This document shows positions 39,411-48,761 of a DNA stretch of 64,000 nucleotides, piece after piece. The DNA is from Arsenicicoccus sp. oral taxon 190 (GTDB lineage: Bacteria; Actinomycetota; Actinomycetes; Actinomycetales; Dermatophilaceae): assembly GCF_001189535.1 (NCBI RefSeq), contig NZ_CP012070.1:1563972-1627971 (forward strand), given 5' to 3'. Position 1 is the first letter of the stretch. The number at the start of each line of letters is the position of its first letter. The translations under genes and the position numbers were made by a program. The notes under the pieces were generated by a model, which searched no databases, was not told where the DNA came from, and was given only the letters and a program-made list of their open reading frames with translations.

Positions 39411-40517
39411 TCAGTAGGGGAGGTAGGGGCCGCCGGAGCGCAGGCTCGCGACGCCCGGCACCTTGGCGAGGCCGCCGTAGGTGTCGGTGGCGTAGCGCGC
39501 ACCCGCGATGATCTGCGCGACCGGGTCGGTCTTGTCCGTGCGGCCCGGCAGGGCGAACGCGTCGAAGGTCGGCCCGATCGTCTGCATCAGGCCGAAGGAG
39601 GGCATCCCGGCGGCGGCGTTGCTGTCGTAGGTGTTGCGGCTGCCGGGGTCGCCCCCGGACTCGTTGAAGATGACGATGGCGAGGTTGGCGGCGTCCTGGT
39701 CGGAGCGCGGCATCCCGGCGCGGTAGAGCTCGTCCAGCGCCTCCCCGATCCACCGGCTGACCTGGGGGGTGACGCTGTGGCCGTTGCCGAGCACCGCGGT
39801 CCCGGGGCGGATGGTGGTGACCACGCGGCCGTCGGCGAGGCGGACCCCGGAGCCGTCGGCGAGGACGCGGGCGGTGTCGGCCGCCTCGAGGGTGGCGGCC
39901 TGGTCGCGCAGGGTGGTGAGCTGGCGGGTCGTCGCGGCGTGACGGTCCGCGGCGGTGCGCAGCTCCGCCTCGGGACCGGCCCCGTTGCGGGCGCGCACCC
40001 CGCTGCCGGCGCCCTGTCGCTGCTCGGCCACGGGCGAGGCCGCCGGTGCGTCCACCGGTGCGTCGGTCTGCGGGGAGCTGGTCGCCCGGACCAGGGTGGC
40101 GCCCTGGGCTGCGACGAGCGCGGTCCGGCTCCGGTCGTAGGCCACCCGGGCCCCGGCCAGCTGCGCCTTGACCCGCGCGGTGGCCGCCGAGTCCACGGGG
40201 CGGACCTGGGTGAGCGCGGGGGGCACGGGCACCGGCGCGAGGAGTCGCGCCACCGATGCCGCGGTGATCGGCTGCCGGGCGGTGCCGCGGGACGCGGCGG
40301 TCGGCGGGGCGTGCCGCACTGGGGCGGCCGCGGTCGGGGACTCGGCCGGTGCCGCGGACGCCGTCGGGGTGGAGTCGGCTCGCGGGGCGAGCCCCGTGGC
40401 GGCGACGGCACTGCCCGCGGCGACGGCGAGGGTGGCGACGGCGAGCACGGGCGGGGACACCAGTCGGTGGGTCCGGGCGGCCGGACGGTGACGTGCCTGG
40501 TAGCGCATGGAAGCCAT
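39411..40517 (-). CDS. secreted lytic transglycosylase-domain protein
   Basis: signal peptide + Ala/Pro-rich linker + C-terminal SLT-like domain (NLAIVIFNESGGDPG...GLMQ). Confidence 0.7.
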   Translation of the reverse strand: MASMRYQARHRPAARTHRLVSPPVLAVATLAVAAGSAVAATGLAPRADSTPTASAAPAESPTAAAPVRHAPPTAASRGTARQPITAASVARLLAPVPVPPALTQVRPVDSAATARVKAQLAGARVAYDRSRTALVAAQGATLVRATSSPQTDAPVDAPAASPVAEQRQGAGSGVRARNGAGPEAELRTAADRHAATTRQLTTLRDQAATLEAADTARVLADGSGVRLADGRVVTTIRPGTAVLGNGHSVTPQVSRWIGEALDELYRAGMPRSDQDAANLAIVIFNESGGDPGSRNTYDSNAAAGMPSFGLMQTIGPTFDAFALPGRTDKTDPVAQIIAGARYATDTYGGLAKVPGVASLRSGGPYLPY

Positions 40518-40725
40518 TCGGAGGGGACGCGGGGGAAGCCGGGCTGCGGGTGAGCGGCCGCAGCGGGCCGACCCTCCACTGTAGAGGGCCGGCGCGGCCG
40601 ATGGCGAGACGGCGGAGGGAGTTCCGCCGGTCAGCCGTCCGTCATGTGGCGGCAGTGATCACTGATACGCGAGTGGGTGAGTACCCAGCGTCGTCACTGC
40701 CGGAGAGCGGCCGGACGCGTGGCCG

Positions 40726-41745
40726 TCAGCGCAAGGCCTCGCGGTCCTGGGGCTGATCGCCGCGGGTGGCGCGCAGGCTCGTGACGGTCACGATCGCCAG
40801 CACGGCCACGATGACGACGAGCGACCACACCGTCGGGACGGTCGGCACGCCCGGCCAGATGCCGTGGGCCCAGTGCAGCACCAGCTTGACGGCGATGAAG
40901 CCGAGGATGATCGCCAGGCCGTAGCCCAGGTGGACCAGTCGCGCCAGGGCGCCCTCGAGGACGAAGTAGAGCGCCCGCAGCCCCAGCAGGGCGAACGCGT
41001 TGGTCGCGAAGACCAGGTAGGGGTCGCCGGTGATGCCGTAGACCGCCGGCACCGAGTCGATCGCGAAGATGATGTCGGTGCCGAGGATCGCCAGCGTCAC
41101 GACGGCCAGCGGCGTGAGGAGCCGGCGGCCGCCGGACGCCGCGGCGGGGATCGTCATACGAATCCCGTGGTAGTCCTGGGCCACGGGCCATACCCGGTTG
41201 ATCAGCCGGACCACGGGCATCTGGGACACCGGGGTGTGCTCGGCGTCGGCGGCCGCGTCGCGGAACACCTTGACGGCGGTGACCAGCAGGATCACCCCGA
41301 AGAGCAGGAACGCCCAGTCGAAGCTCGCGATGAGCTGGGCGCCCAGCGCGATGAAGATGCCGCGCAGCACCAGGGCGCCGGCGACGCCGATCAGCAGGAC
41401 GCGCTGCTGCAGCTCCTTGGGCACCGCGAAACCGGCGAGCAGCAGCATGAAGATGAAGAGGTTGTCCACCGACAGGGACTTCTCGACCAGGTAGCCGGTG
41501 TAGTACTCCATGCCCTGCTGCGAGCCGAAGCTCGCCCACACCCACGCACCGAAGAGCAGCGGCAGGGCGATGTAGAACACCGACCAGCCGATGGCCTCCT
41601 TCATGGAGACCTTGTGGGGCTTGCGGGTGAGCAGGAAGTCGAGGGCGAAGAGCGCCAGGACGGCACCGATCGTGACGCCCCACAGCATGGGGGAGCCGAT
41701 GGTGTCCAGGGAGCTCGCGGCGGGCAGCATCGCGGAGGGGGTCAT
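40726..41745 (-). CDS. terC: TerC family integral membrane protein (putative Mn exporter)
   Basis: TerC motifs FALDFLL..., SLSVDNLFIF, DSVPAV; 339 aa. Confidence 0.85.
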   Translation of the reverse strand: MTPSAMLPAASSLDTIGSPMLWGVTIGAVLALFALDFLLTRKPHKVSMKEAIGWSVFYIALPLLFGAWVWASFGSQQGMEYYTGYLVEKSLSVDNLFIFMLLLAGFAVPKELQQRVLLIGVAGALVLRGIFIALGAQLIASFDWAFLLFGVILLVTAVKVFRDAAADAEHTPVSQMPVVRLINRVWPVAQDYHGIRMTIPAAASGGRRLLTPLAVVTLAILGTDIIFAIDSVPAVYGITGDPYLVFATNAFALLGLRALYFVLEGALARLVHLGYGLAIILGFIAVKLVLHWAHGIWPGVPTVPTVWSLVVIVAVLAIVTVTSLRATRGDQPQDREALR

Positions 41746-41749
41746 CAGG

Positions 41750-41900
41750 GTCCTCAGATCGTCGTATGGCGGTCTGAGGTCTCCTTCACCGCTGCTCGTC
41801 GCAGGGCTCCCGCCCGAGGCGCCGGGGCGCCGGACTGACCGGGTCGGGACGTGGGAAGTACTCCCCTCAAGGGCATGACTCTAGGTGGATTCCCTGGACG
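41750..41900 (-). ncRNA. probable yybP-ykoY (Mn2+) riboswitch in terC 5' leader
   Basis: minus-strand RNA contains hallmark GGGGAGUA (plus 41869-41883 GTACTCCCCTCAAGG) and downstream CAUACGACGA flanked by CCUCAGA/UCUGAGG pairing; TerC genes are canonical yybP-ykoY targets. Confidence 0.5.
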
Positions 41901-41982
41901 CGGGCTGACCAGACCTGGTGGGCGGTGTGATCTCGTGCACATCGCTGCTAAGGCGAGCCTCACTGAGGTTAGCCGTGCCTGC

Positions 41983-42246
41983 ATGATCGTCTGCCATTGC
42001 CGCGTCGTGCGCGACACCGACATCGACGCGGTGGTCGCTGCGGGCGCCCGCACGCTCGGTGCCGTGTGCCAGCAGTCGGGCGCCGGGACGGTGTGCGGGG
42101 GGTGCGTCCCGGCGGTGCGCTCGCTCCTCCACCGGTACCGTGAGACACGGCTCGACCCCACTGCGCTCGAGCTGACGCTGGGGTCGCAGCTGGCCCGGGT
42201 GTCCGCCCTGTCCACGGCCCTGGAGGATTCCCATGCAGCCGCGTAG
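41983..42246 (+). CDS. bfd: bacterioferritin-associated ferredoxin (BFD-like 2Fe-2S)
   Basis: MIVCHCRVV...GTVCGGC four-Cys motif. Confidence 0.8.
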   Translation: MIVCHCRVVRDTDIDAVVAAGARTLGAVCQQSGAGTVCGGCVPAVRSLLHRYRETRLDPTALELTLGSQLARVSALSTALEDSHAAA

Positions 42247-42718
42247 CCCCCGGATCACCGAGCTCCTCAACGAGGCGCTGACCTTCGAGCTCACCGTGGT
42301 CAACACCTACTTCCTGCACGCGCGGATGCTCGACAACTGGGGTCTGCCCCGGCTCGGCAAGGTCTTCTACGAGCTGTCGATCGGGGAGATGAAGGACGCC
42401 GACGAGCTGATCGAGCGGATCCTGATGTTCGACGGCCACCCCAACGTGCAGCGCCTCCACCCGATCGGCATCGGCGAGACCGCCGAGGAGATGCTGCGGC
42501 TCGCGCTGGCCAGCGAGATCGCGGCGGTCGCGCAGTTCAACGCGTCGGCGGAGGAGTGCCACGCGCTCGGGGACCACGCCACCGCCAACGTCTTCGAGGG
42601 CATGGCGCGCGACGAGGAGACCCACGCAGACTGGTTCGAGGGGCAGCTGGACGCCATCGCCCGGACCGGGGTGGAGAACTACCTGGCCATGCAGGTCGCG
42701 CCCGGCGAGGCTCCCTGA
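42233..42718 (+). CDS. bfr: bacterioferritin
   Basis: ferritin-like di-iron motifs, heme-binding Met; 161 aa. Confidence 0.9.
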   Translation: MQPRSPRITELLNEALTFELTVVNTYFLHARMLDNWGLPRLGKVFYELSIGEMKDADELIERILMFDGHPNVQRLHPIGIGETAEEMLRLALASEIAAVAQFNASAEECHALGDHATANVFEGMARDEETHADWFEGQLDAIARTGVENYLAMQVAPGEAP

Positions 42719-42733
42719 GCGAGGCCCCGGGCT

Positions 42734-42899
42734 TCGTGGGGGAGCCGCAGCCGTACCGGGTGGGAAGCACCGTCGAGTACGCCGGCGGAATCCACCCGGT
42801 AGCCGGGCGGCGCGGTCGTGGGGGAGCCGCAGCCGTACCGGGTGGGAAGCACCACCGATGACCCTGGTGAAACCCACCCGGTAGCCGGACGACGCCGCC
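42734..42899 (+). repeat. two tandem ~82-bp units, each folding into a 10-bp stem (TACCGGGTGG / CCACCCGGTA) with ~28-nt loop
   Basis: 38-nt identical block TCGTGGGGGAGCCGCAGCCGTACCGGGTGGGAAGCACC at 42734 and 42816; CACCCGGTAGCCGG at 42792 and 42878; loops differ, stems conserved. Confidence 0.7.
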
Positions 42900-42929
42900 G
42901 TGGGGTTGCCGGAGCGTCGACCCGCGCCC

Positions 42930-43304
42930 TCAGCCCTCGACGATGCGCTGCGCCTGGTCGGCCACGGTCCGCTGGAGCACCAGCCGCAGCGAGCCCATGA
43001 GCTCGGGGGTGTCCCGCCACCGGTTGCCGGCCGGATAGGTGAGGGTCCACGCCGCCTGGTCGGGCTGGTAGGTCAGCCGGGCGAGGTGCCGCGAGCGCCA
43101 CTCCCCGTCGAGGTTCGTCGGGTCGACGGGGGCGTGGACGTAGACCCGCACGGTGAGGTGCCGCACCGTGAAGTCCACGCGGCGGGTGCTGCGCAGCCGC
43201 GGCGGGACCGCGTCGCGGCAGGCGCGCTCGACCGCCATACGGTCGCGCTCGGAGATGGCGCGCTCCACGGGGATCGGCTTCTTGGTGCCCTTGCGGTAGA
43301 CCAC
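42930..43304 (-). CDS. hypothetical protein (DUF3024-like)
   Basis: 124-aa ORF, GTG start. Confidence 0.45.
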   Translation of the reverse strand: MVYRKGTKKPIPVERAISERDRMAVERACRDAVPPRLRSTRRVDFTVRHLTVRVYVHAPVDPTNLDGEWRSRHLARLTYQPDQAAWTLTYPAGNRWRDTPELMGSLRLVLQRTVADQAQRIVEG

Positions 43305-43319
43305 GGCTGCCCCGCGCCC

Positions 43320-44273
43320 TCAGAAGTACCAGGGGAAGGGGGACCAGTCAGGCTCGCGCTTCTGCAGGAACTGGTCGCGCCCCTCGACCGCCTCGTCGGT
43401 CATGTAGGCGAGCCGGGTCGCCTCGCCCGCGAAGACCTGCTGGCCCATGAGGCCGTCGTCGACCAGGTTGAAGGCGAACTTCAGCATCCGCTGCGCCTGC
43501 GGCGACTTGCCCAGGATCTCGCGCGCCACCTGCAGCGCGTCGGCCTCGAGGTCGGCGTGGTCGCTGACCAGGTTGACGGCGCCCATCCGCTGCATGTCCT
43601 CGGCGGTGTAGGTGCGGCCCAGGAAGAAGATCTCGCGGGCGCGCTTCTGGCCGACCATGCGCGCGAGGTAGGCCGAGCCGTAGCCCGCGTCGAAGGAGCC
43701 CACGTCCGCGTCGGTCTGCTTGAAGCGGGCCCGCTCGCGGCTGGCCATGGTCAGGTCGCACACGACGTGCAGCGAGTGGCCGCCACCGGCCGCCCATCCG
43801 TTGACCAGGGCGATCACCACCTTGGGCATGGTGCGGATCAGCCGCTGCACCTCGAGGATGTGCAGCCGGCCCCCCTCGGCCTTGACGCGGCGCTCGTCGA
43901 CGCCGGCGGCGGTCACGTCGTCGGACCCGTCCGCGGCGTACTGGTAGCCGGAGCGCCCCCGGATGCGCTGGTCGCCGCCGGTGCAGAAGGCCCACCCGGC
44001 GGTCTCGCGGGACCTGCCCTCGGGGTGCGGCCCGTTGCCGGTGAGCAGCACGACGCCCACGTCGGGGGTGCGCCGGGCGTGGTCGAGCGCCGTGTAGAGC
44101 TCGTCGACCGTGTGGGGGCGGAACGCGTTGAGCACCCCGGGCCGGTCGAACGCGATGCGCACGCAGCCGAGGTCGTGGGCGCGGTGGTAGGTGATGTCGG
44201 TGAAGTCGAAGCCGGGCACCTCGTGCCACGCCGACGGGTCGAAGGTCTCGCTGACGGTCTCCAGGGCGCTCAC
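43320..44273 (-). CDS. menB: 1,4-dihydroxy-2-naphthoyl-CoA synthase
   Basis: crotonase fold, actinobacterial MenB insertion; VALVNGWAAGGGHSLH. Confidence 0.9.
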   Translation of the reverse strand: MSALETVSETFDPSAWHEVPGFDFTDITYHRAHDLGCVRIAFDRPGVLNAFRPHTVDELYTALDHARRTPDVGVVLLTGNGPHPEGRSRETAGWAFCTGGDQRIRGRSGYQYAADGSDDVTAAGVDERRVKAEGGRLHILEVQRLIRTMPKVVIALVNGWAAGGGHSLHVVCDLTMASRERARFKQTDADVGSFDAGYGSAYLARMVGQKRAREIFFLGRTYTAEDMQRMGAVNLVSDHADLEADALQVAREILGKSPQAQRMLKFAFNLVDDGLMGQQVFAGEATRLAYMTDEAVEGRDQFLQKREPDWSPFPWYF

Positions 44274-44376
44274 GAGACCTGAGGATAGCCGCGGGGCGGG
44301 AGGCGGCGAGCGCGACGAGCGCGGCGAGCGCGGCGAGCGGGGTGGGCGGCATACGGGGGTGCCTAGAGTGAGGGTC

Positions 44377-44865
44377 ATGCCGATCCCTGAGTTCATCGTC
44401 GAGCTGCGTCGTCACGTGGGGCACGCGCCGCTGTGGTTGATCGGCGTGACCGCCGTGGTGCTGCGTGGCGAGGGTGCCGCCGCGGAGGTGCTGCTCATGC
44501 GGCGCGCGGACACCGACGAGTGGAGCCCGGTCACCGGCATCGTCGAGCCGGGTCAGGAGGTGCACGAGGCGGCGGTGCGGGAGGTCGCGGAGGAGGCGTC
44601 GGTGACGGCCGAGGTCGAGCGGTTCGTGTGGCTGTCGACGACCGAGCCGGTGCGGCACGCCAACGGTGACCACGCGCAGTACGTCGACCATACCTTCCGG
44701 ATGCGGTGGGTGGCGGGGGAGCCGGCGGTCGGCGACGACGAGAACGTCGAGGCGCGGTGGTGGCCGGCGGACGCGCTGCCGACGATGCGCGCGCACTTCG
44801 GGGACCGGGTCGAGGTGGCGCTGGCCGACCCCGCCGCCCCCCTCCTCGGGCCCTACCTCAGGTAG
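44377..44865 (+). CDS. NUDIX hydrolase
   Basis: Nudix box GIVEPGQEVHEAAVREVAEEASV. Confidence 0.75.
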   Translation: MPIPEFIVELRRHVGHAPLWLIGVTAVVLRGEGAAAEVLLMRRADTDEWSPVTGIVEPGQEVHEAAVREVAEEASVTAEVERFVWLSTTEPVRHANGDHAQYVDHTFRMRWVAGEPAVGDDENVEARWWPADALPTMRAHFGDRVEVALADPAAPLLGPYLR

Positions 44866-44907
44866 TCGCATCGACCGGGGTGGGACGGGAGCAGGGATGA
44901 TGGCCGT

Positions 44908-45924
44908 ATGCCGTCCCCCACCCCACCACCGCTCGGCGACCTCCTCGACGCGCTGTCCGTCGTGTCGATCCCGCTCCGGACCCGGTTCCGCGGGGTGACG
45001 CACCGGGAGGCGGCGCTGCTGCGAGGGCCTGCGGGGTGGGGGGAGTTCGCGCCCTTCCTGGAGTACCCGCCCGCCGAGGCGTCCCGCTGGCTCGCCGCCG
45101 CCGTCGAGGCCGCCTGGGTCGGCTGGCCGGACCCGGTCCGGGACGAGGTCCCGGTCAACGCGACCGTGCCGGCGGTGGCTGCGGGCGACGTGGCGGGGGT
45201 GCTCGCGCGCTTCGACGGGTGCACGACCGCCAAGGTCAAGGTCGCCGAGACCGGACAGACCCTGGCCGACGACGTGGCCCGGGTTTCCGAGGTGCGGCGC
45301 GTCATGGGGCCCGCCGCGCGGGTCCGCGTCGACGCCAACGGCGGCTGGTCCGTGGCCGAGGCGGTGACCGCCCTGACCGCCCTGGGCCGCTGCGACCTGG
45401 AGTATGCCGAGCAGCCCTGCCGCACCGTCGAGGAGCTCGCCGAGCTGCGCGTCGCCCTCGCGCGGCGGCACGTCGACGTCCCGGTCGCCGCCGACGAGTC
45501 CATCCGCAAGGCCACCGACCCGGTCCGCGTGGCCCGGCTCCACGCGGCGGACCTCGTCGTCGTCAAGGTGGCCCCGCTCGGTGGGGTCCGCGCGGCGCTC
45601 GCCGTCGTCGAGGCCTGCGGGCTGCCGGCCGTCGTGTCCTCCGCGCTCGACACCTCCGTCGGGATCCGCGCCGGCGTGGCCCTCGCGGCCAGCCTGCCGC
45701 GACTCGACCACGCGTGCGGGCTCGGGACCGTCGCCCTGCTGGAGGGCGACGTCGCGCAGGACAGCTGCGTGCCGAGGCGGGGGGCGATCGGCATACGGGA
45801 GGTGACGGCGGACCCCGAGCTGCTGGACCGGTGGGCGGCCCCGCCCGACCGGGTCGACCGGTGGCGGACCCGGCTGGCCGACTGCCACGCCGAGCTCGTC
45901 GCGTCGGCGAGGATGGGCGCATGA
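44908..45924 (+). CDS. menC: o-succinylbenzoate synthase
   Basis: enolase-superfamily residues (KVK, DANGGW, DES), 338 aa. Confidence 0.85.
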   Translation: MPSPTPPPLGDLLDALSVVSIPLRTRFRGVTHREAALLRGPAGWGEFAPFLEYPPAEASRWLAAAVEAAWVGWPDPVRDEVPVNATVPAVAAGDVAGVLARFDGCTTAKVKVAETGQTLADDVARVSEVRRVMGPAARVRVDANGGWSVAEAVTALTALGRCDLEYAEQPCRTVEELAELRVALARRHVDVPVAADESIRKATDPVRVARLHAADLVVVKVAPLGGVRAALAVVEACGLPAVVSSALDTSVGIRAGVALAASLPRLDHACGLGTVALLEGDVAQDSCVPRRGAIGIREVTADPELLDRWAAPPDRVDRWRTRLADCHAELVASARMGA

Positions 45925-47696
45925 ACCCCTCCCAGGCCCTCGCCGAGGTGCTCGTCGACGAGCTGGTCCGGCACGGCGTCACCGACGTGGTGCTGTGCCC
46001 CGGGTCGCGGTCGGCGCCGCTGGCCTACGCGGTGCAGGCCGCGGACCGGGAGGGTCGCGTGCGCCTGCACGTGCGCGTGGACGAGCGGTCGGCGGGGTTC
46101 CTGGCGCTGGGGCTGGCCAAGGTCTCCCGTCGCGTCGTGCCCGTCATCACCACCTCCGGGACCGCCGTCGCCAACCTGCACCCCGCGGTGCTCGAGGCCC
46201 ACCACGCGGGCGTGCCCCTGCTGGTCCTGTCCTGCGACCGTCCCGCCGAGCTGTTGCGCACGGGCGCCAACCAGACGACCGTGCAGCCCGGCATGTTCGG
46301 GGAGGCGGTGCGCTGGCGGCACGAGATCCCGGCGCCCGAGCGTCGCGCCGGTCAGGTGCCCGTATGGCGCTCCGCCGTCTCCCGGGCCTGCGCCGCCGCC
46401 ATGGGGGCACTGTCCGGGTGGGCCGGTCCGGTGCACCTCGACGTGGCGCTGCGCGACCCGCTGACGCCGGCGGCCGGCGGGGCGCAGGGCTGCGCGGATC
46501 CGTGGCCGGAGCCGCTCGACGGACGCCCTGGCGGCGCGCCGTGGACGGCGGCCGTGCCGGCCGCGGGCGGGGCGCAGCGCGATCTGGGTGAGTCGCTCCT
46601 CGCCGCGGGTGCGGCCTCGCGCACAGTCATGGTCATCGGCGACCTGCCGGAGCCGGAGCTGGCCGGGGAGGCGGTGCGGCTCGCGAGGGCGGCGGGCTGG
46701 CTGGTGGTGTCCGAGCCGTTCGGACGGATGGACCGCGAGGCCGTGATCCCGCACGGCCCGCTGCTGCTGACCTGCACCGACTGGCTCGACGAGCACCTGC
46801 CCGACCGGGTCCTCGTGGTCGGGAGGCTGACGCTCACGCGGGACGTGGCGGGGCTGCTGCGCCGGGTCGCCCGGGTCGAGTCCGTCACCGTCGGCCCGGA
46901 CTGGGCGGACCCGGCGTCGCGGGTCGCGCGGGTCCACCCGTGGGCGGCGATCGCCGCGGCCACGGCTGTGCTGGAGGGCGGGCCGGACGCATCGAGGGTC
47001 GCGGCGCCGGACGCAGACTGGACGCGCCAGTGGGCCGAGGCGGGCGACCGCCTGGCCGAGGCGCCGCTGTGGTCGCCCACCGAGGTCACCGGGTTGTCCG
47101 TCGCCACCACGGTGCTGGAGGCCGCCGGTGCCTGGTCGGACGAGACCGGCCGCAGCGCCGTCGTCTTCGTCGGCTCGTCCCAGTCGGCGCGCGACCTCGA
47201 CTGGGCCGCAACCGGATCCGCGAGCGCCGTCACCGTCGTCGGGTCCCGGGGTCTCGCGGGGATCGACGGCTGCGTCGCCACCGCCGTGGGGATCGCGTTG
47301 ACCCGCGAGGCGCCCACGTGCGCGCTGATGGGCGACCTCACCTTCCTGCACGACGCCAACGGCCTGCTCGTCGGCCCGGCCGAGCCGCGCCCGGACCTCA
47401 CCATCGTCGTGACCAACGACGACGGGGGCGCGATCTTCGCGACGCTGGAGCATGGTGCGCCGGAGCGTGCCGCCGACTTCGAGCGCGTCTTCGGCACCCC
47501 GACGGGCGCGGACCTGGGCGCGTTGTGCGCGGCCTACGGCGTCGCCCACCAGCGCGTCACCACGCTCCCGGATCTGCGAGAGACGTTGCGGGAGAAGGGG
47601 TCCGGCATACGGGTCGTGGAGGTGCCGGTGGATCGGTCCGAGGTGCGCGAGGCGCGGGCCCAGGTGCGCGCGGCCGTGGCAGCCCGGCTCGCCTGA
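45921..47696 (+). CDS. menD: 2-succinyl-5-enolpyruvyl-6-hydroxy-3-cyclohexene-1-carboxylate synthase
   Basis: ThDP enzyme motifs LCPGSRSAPL, GDLTFLHD; ATGA overlap with menC. Confidence 0.9.
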   Translation: MNPSQALAEVLVDELVRHGVTDVVLCPGSRSAPLAYAVQAADREGRVRLHVRVDERSAGFLALGLAKVSRRVVPVITTSGTAVANLHPAVLEAHHAGVPLLVLSCDRPAELLRTGANQTTVQPGMFGEAVRWRHEIPAPERRAGQVPVWRSAVSRACAAAMGALSGWAGPVHLDVALRDPLTPAAGGAQGCADPWPEPLDGRPGGAPWTAAVPAAGGAQRDLGESLLAAGAASRTVMVIGDLPEPELAGEAVRLARAAGWLVVSEPFGRMDREAVIPHGPLLLTCTDWLDEHLPDRVLVVGRLTLTRDVAGLLRRVARVESVTVGPDWADPASRVARVHPWAAIAAATAVLEGGPDASRVAAPDADWTRQWAEAGDRLAEAPLWSPTEVTGLSVATTVLEAAGAWSDETGRSAVVFVGSSQSARDLDWAATGSASAVTVVGSRGLAGIDGCVATAVGIALTREAPTCALMGDLTFLHDANGLLVGPAEPRPDLTIVVTNDDGGAIFATLEHGAPERAADFERVFGTPTGADLGALCAAYGVAHQRVTTLPDLRETLREKGSGIRVVEVPVDRSEVREARAQVRAAVAARLA

Positions 47697-47743
47697 CCGC
47701 CCTGGCCGGCGCGGGCTCCGGCGAGCAGGGACGCGGATCGGGT

Positions 47744-48535
47744 TCAGCGCCTGAGGAACTCGCTGACCGCCTCCACCAGCGGGCCGGGCTCGAGGCCGTG
47801 CCAGCCACCCGGCAGCACCCGCAGCTCGGCCCCCGGGACGACCGCCGCCGTCTCGCGCGCCCACCCGGCCAGCGGCTCCTGGCTTCCCTGGCTCAGCAGC
47901 ACCAGCACCGGACACCCGATCTGACCGTATGACGAGACCGGCGTCTCACGGATCACCGTGAGGTCGTGGGTGATGGTGTGGGCCGAGGGTTCGGCAGGGC
48001 CGGTCGGCAGCTGCGCCACGACGTCCTCGGGGATGCCGATGTGGCGGTTGAAGAGCCGGATCGCCTCGACGCGCCGGCCGGCGTCGACGAGCCTGCGCAG
48101 CTCCGGTCGGATGTCCGGGTCGACGTCCCGGGCCGGCTCGGTGGCCACGACCGCGGTGACGGTGCCTCCCAGGTCGCGGGCGGCGCGCAGGGCGAGCGTC
48201 GCCCCTGACGAGAAGCCGTAGAGCGCCGCGGTGCCGCCGTGCTCGGCGACGAGGGCGGCGAGGTCCTCGACCTCCCGGCGCGGGTCATAGGAGTCGTCGG
48301 CGTGGGTGTCGACGCCGCCGCTCTCGCCCCGGCCCCGTCGGTCGTAGGTCACGACCGTGAGCCGTCGGGCCAGCGCCGCGGGCAGCTCCCCGAGCGCCGA
48401 GTAGCCGCGGTGCGTCATCACCGGCTCGACCAGCACGACGGTCGGGCCGGACCCCTGCCGGGTCCAGGCGAGGGCGGTGCCGTCGGCGGAGGTCGTGGTG
48501 CCGTGCTGCGTCGAAGGGGACATCGAGGGGGGCAT
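47744..48535 (-). CDS. alpha/beta hydrolase (BpoC-like)
   Basis: GFSSGA nucleophile elbow; start placed at internal ATG (ORF extends to 48673). Confidence 0.7.
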   Translation of the reverse strand: MPPSMSPSTQHGTTTSADGTALAWTRQGSGPTVVLVEPVMTHRGYSALGELPAALARRLTVVTYDRRGRGESGGVDTHADDSYDPRREVEDLAALVAEHGGTAALYGFSSGATLALRAARDLGGTVTAVVATEPARDVDPDIRPELRRLVDAGRRVEAIRLFNRHIGIPEDVVAQLPTGPAEPSAHTITHDLTVIRETPVSSYGQIGCPVLVLLSQGSQEPLAGWARETAAVVPGAELRVLPGGWHGLEPGPLVEAVSEFLRR

Positions 48536-48761
48536 CGGAGGCTCCTGGGGCGGGGAGGCCCAGTCTGACGGCCGTCGCATGGGGACGCCACCGGGGCAGG
48601 GGAGCGTGGTCGATATCTGCACCTCATGGCCGTCGGTCCATGGCGGGTCAGGAGGAGCGGTATACGTGCTCATAGCAGTCGACCCAGCACCCTGGGTGAG
48701 TCTTTGCGCGCCAGAGTGATTAGGTCTTCTGTGCGGATCATCCGAGCGATAAGATCACGGT

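Noticed and set aside
38575-39753. 392-aa minus ORF upstream extension of the SRPBCC gene
   Set aside because: The N-terminal 164 codons are Arg/Pro-rich artefact. The gene is assigned from the internal ATG at 39261.
41940-41985. Possible IdeR iron box upstream of bfd (AGGTTAGCCGTGCCTGC)
   Set aside because: Only about 11 of 19 positions match the TTAGGTTAGGCTAACCTAA consensus, which is insufficient.
42556-43000. Short ORFs encoding repeated VGEPQPYRVGS peptides
   Set aside because: They lie wholly within the 82-bp tandem hairpin repeats, which are more likely RNA or structural DNA elements than coding.
43348-47915. 846-aa and 1020-aa minus-strand ORFs spanning menB-menC-menD
   Set aside because: Arg/Gly/Pro-rich antisense frames with no recognisable domains, overlapped by well-supported genes.
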